Assembly (NCBI GenBank): GCA_964400395.1
Contig: CAYNVK010000002.1
Coordinates: 1 to 26,191 of the forward strand
Source of the DNA: an uncultured Lentimicrobiaceae bacterium
Lineage (GTDB): Bacteria; Bacteroidota; Bacteroidia; Bacteroidales; UBA4417
Reading direction: 5' to 3'
DNA length: 26,191 bases
A program made the translations under genes and the position numbers. Numbering within the stretch: the stretch's first letter is position 1; the number at the start of each line of letters is the position of its first letter. Below the pieces are notes generated by a model. That model had not been told where the DNA came from. It was given only the letters and a program-made list of their open reading frames with translations, and made no database searches. Shown here in pieces: positions 25,248 through 26,191 of the stretch.

Positions 25248-26165
25248 TTAGTCTTCCAGCTTTTCTTTCAGCGATTTAAATCCCTCGCCTAATATTTCGT
25301 TGGCTTCGAGCACCGTGAGGAAAGCGGTGGGATCTATTTCATGGATATATTCCTGCAGCAATGCCATTTCCCTGCGGTTCACCACGGTGAAAATTATTGT
25401 TTTCTCAGCCCCGTTGTACATACCCTTACCGGGGATATAGGTACCGCCCCGTTGCAAATCGTTGATAATCCTGTCGCGGATTTCGGGAAATTTTTCCGAA
25501 ACTATAAAGAGGGTTTTGTCCACGCTCAATCCCTGTAATACCACGTCAATGGTTTTGCCGGTAATGTAAATCACAATCCACGAATACAACGGAATTTTCC
25601 AGTCGGCAAATGCAACAAGCCCTATCAGCACAATAGCTGAGTCAACATAAATCATTAGCTGCCCGAGCGGAAGTTTTGTGTATTTAGCCAGGATCATTGC
25701 AATGATATCCGACCCGCCCGAAGTGGCTTTCGATTTAAAAATCAGGCCAAGCCCAAACCCAATCGTTACCCCGCCAAAAATGGACGAAAGTAAAGCATCG
25801 CCTTCTACCAGCGGGGCTTCCCCATAGAAATAAGTTATTATTTCCATGAAAACCGGGGTGAGCACAAATCCAACCACGGTTTTTATCCCGAAGCGCGGGC
25901 CTAAAATCTTTATTCCAATCAATGTTAACGGAATATCGAGTAAAAGCCCCACCATTCCTATGGGTAAGCCTGTAGGTGCCCACGAGAACATTCCTGCCGT
26001 TAAGTAATGCACAACAATGGCTATGCCGTACACTCCACCCGGAACTATTTTGTACGGAGATATGAAAAATACAAATCCGGATGCAAGTATTAAGGCGCCA
26101 ATTGCAATGAGGCCATAGCTGATAAACCATTTTTTTGAGAAAATTTTCTCAGGGCGAAAGTCCAT
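25248..26165 (-). CDS. YitT family membrane protein (paralog 1)
   Basis: IVPGGVYG, DIPL, ATSGGSD and RGGT...GKGMY...DP.AF...EILGEGF. Confidence 0.92.
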   Translation of the reverse strand: MDFRPEKIFSKKWFISYGLIAIGALILASGFVFFISPYKIVPGGVYGIAIVVHYLTAGMFSWAPTGLPIGMVGLLLDIPLTLIGIKILGPRFGIKTVVGFVLTPVFMEIITYFYGEAPLVEGDALLSSIFGGVTIGFGLGLIFKSKATSGGSDIIAMILAKYTKLPLGQLMIYVDSAIVLIGLVAFADWKIPLYSWIVIYITGKTIDVVLQGLSVDKTLFIVSEKFPEIRDRIINDLQRGGTYIPGKGMYNGAEKTIIFTVVNRREMALLQEYIHEIDPTAFLTVLEANEILGEGFKSLKEKLED

Positions 26166-26191
26166 ATAATCAATAATTTATCGGTTAATGT

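Noticed and set aside
1-26191. Mobile elements, defence systems, tRNA or rRNA genes
   Set aside because: No transposase, integrase, nuclease or toxin motifs, no flanking terminal repeats and no cloverleaf or rRNA-like sequence were seen by eye.

Overview
Core-genome window from a Bacteroidota bacterium, probably an environmental Bacteroidales lineage (inferred from gene content, SprE/PorW, TAnnTTTG promoters and A-rich translation starts lacking Shine-Dalgarno sequences). Gene order is: lpxH (cut by the window edge), a TlpA-like lipoprotein, a hypothetical protein, mqnC, waaA, wbpE/porR-like aminotransferase, wbpD-like acetyltransferase, aldo/keto reductase, AlkD-like protein, fabD, Bax inhibitor-1, folE, PTPS, trpF, an AtpI-like membrane protein, atpZ/I, bactofilin, a CPBP-extended SDR-SDR operon, sprE/porW, M23 peptidase, dxr, rseP and two tandem YitT genes. 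I saw no tRNA, rRNA, CRISPR array, transposase or integrase. I found no clearly new large system. The best leads are (1) a three-gene operon of a motif-variant CPBP protease and two SDRs, sitting convergently between sprE and bactofilin, (2) a bactofilin-atpZ-atpI-like head with no atpB behind it, (3) a structured, possibly 6S-like RNA upstream of waaA, and (4) opposed heptamer repeat arrays in a long 5' UTR, with a related copy about 7 kb away. All product calls come from recognising motifs by eye; no database search was run.
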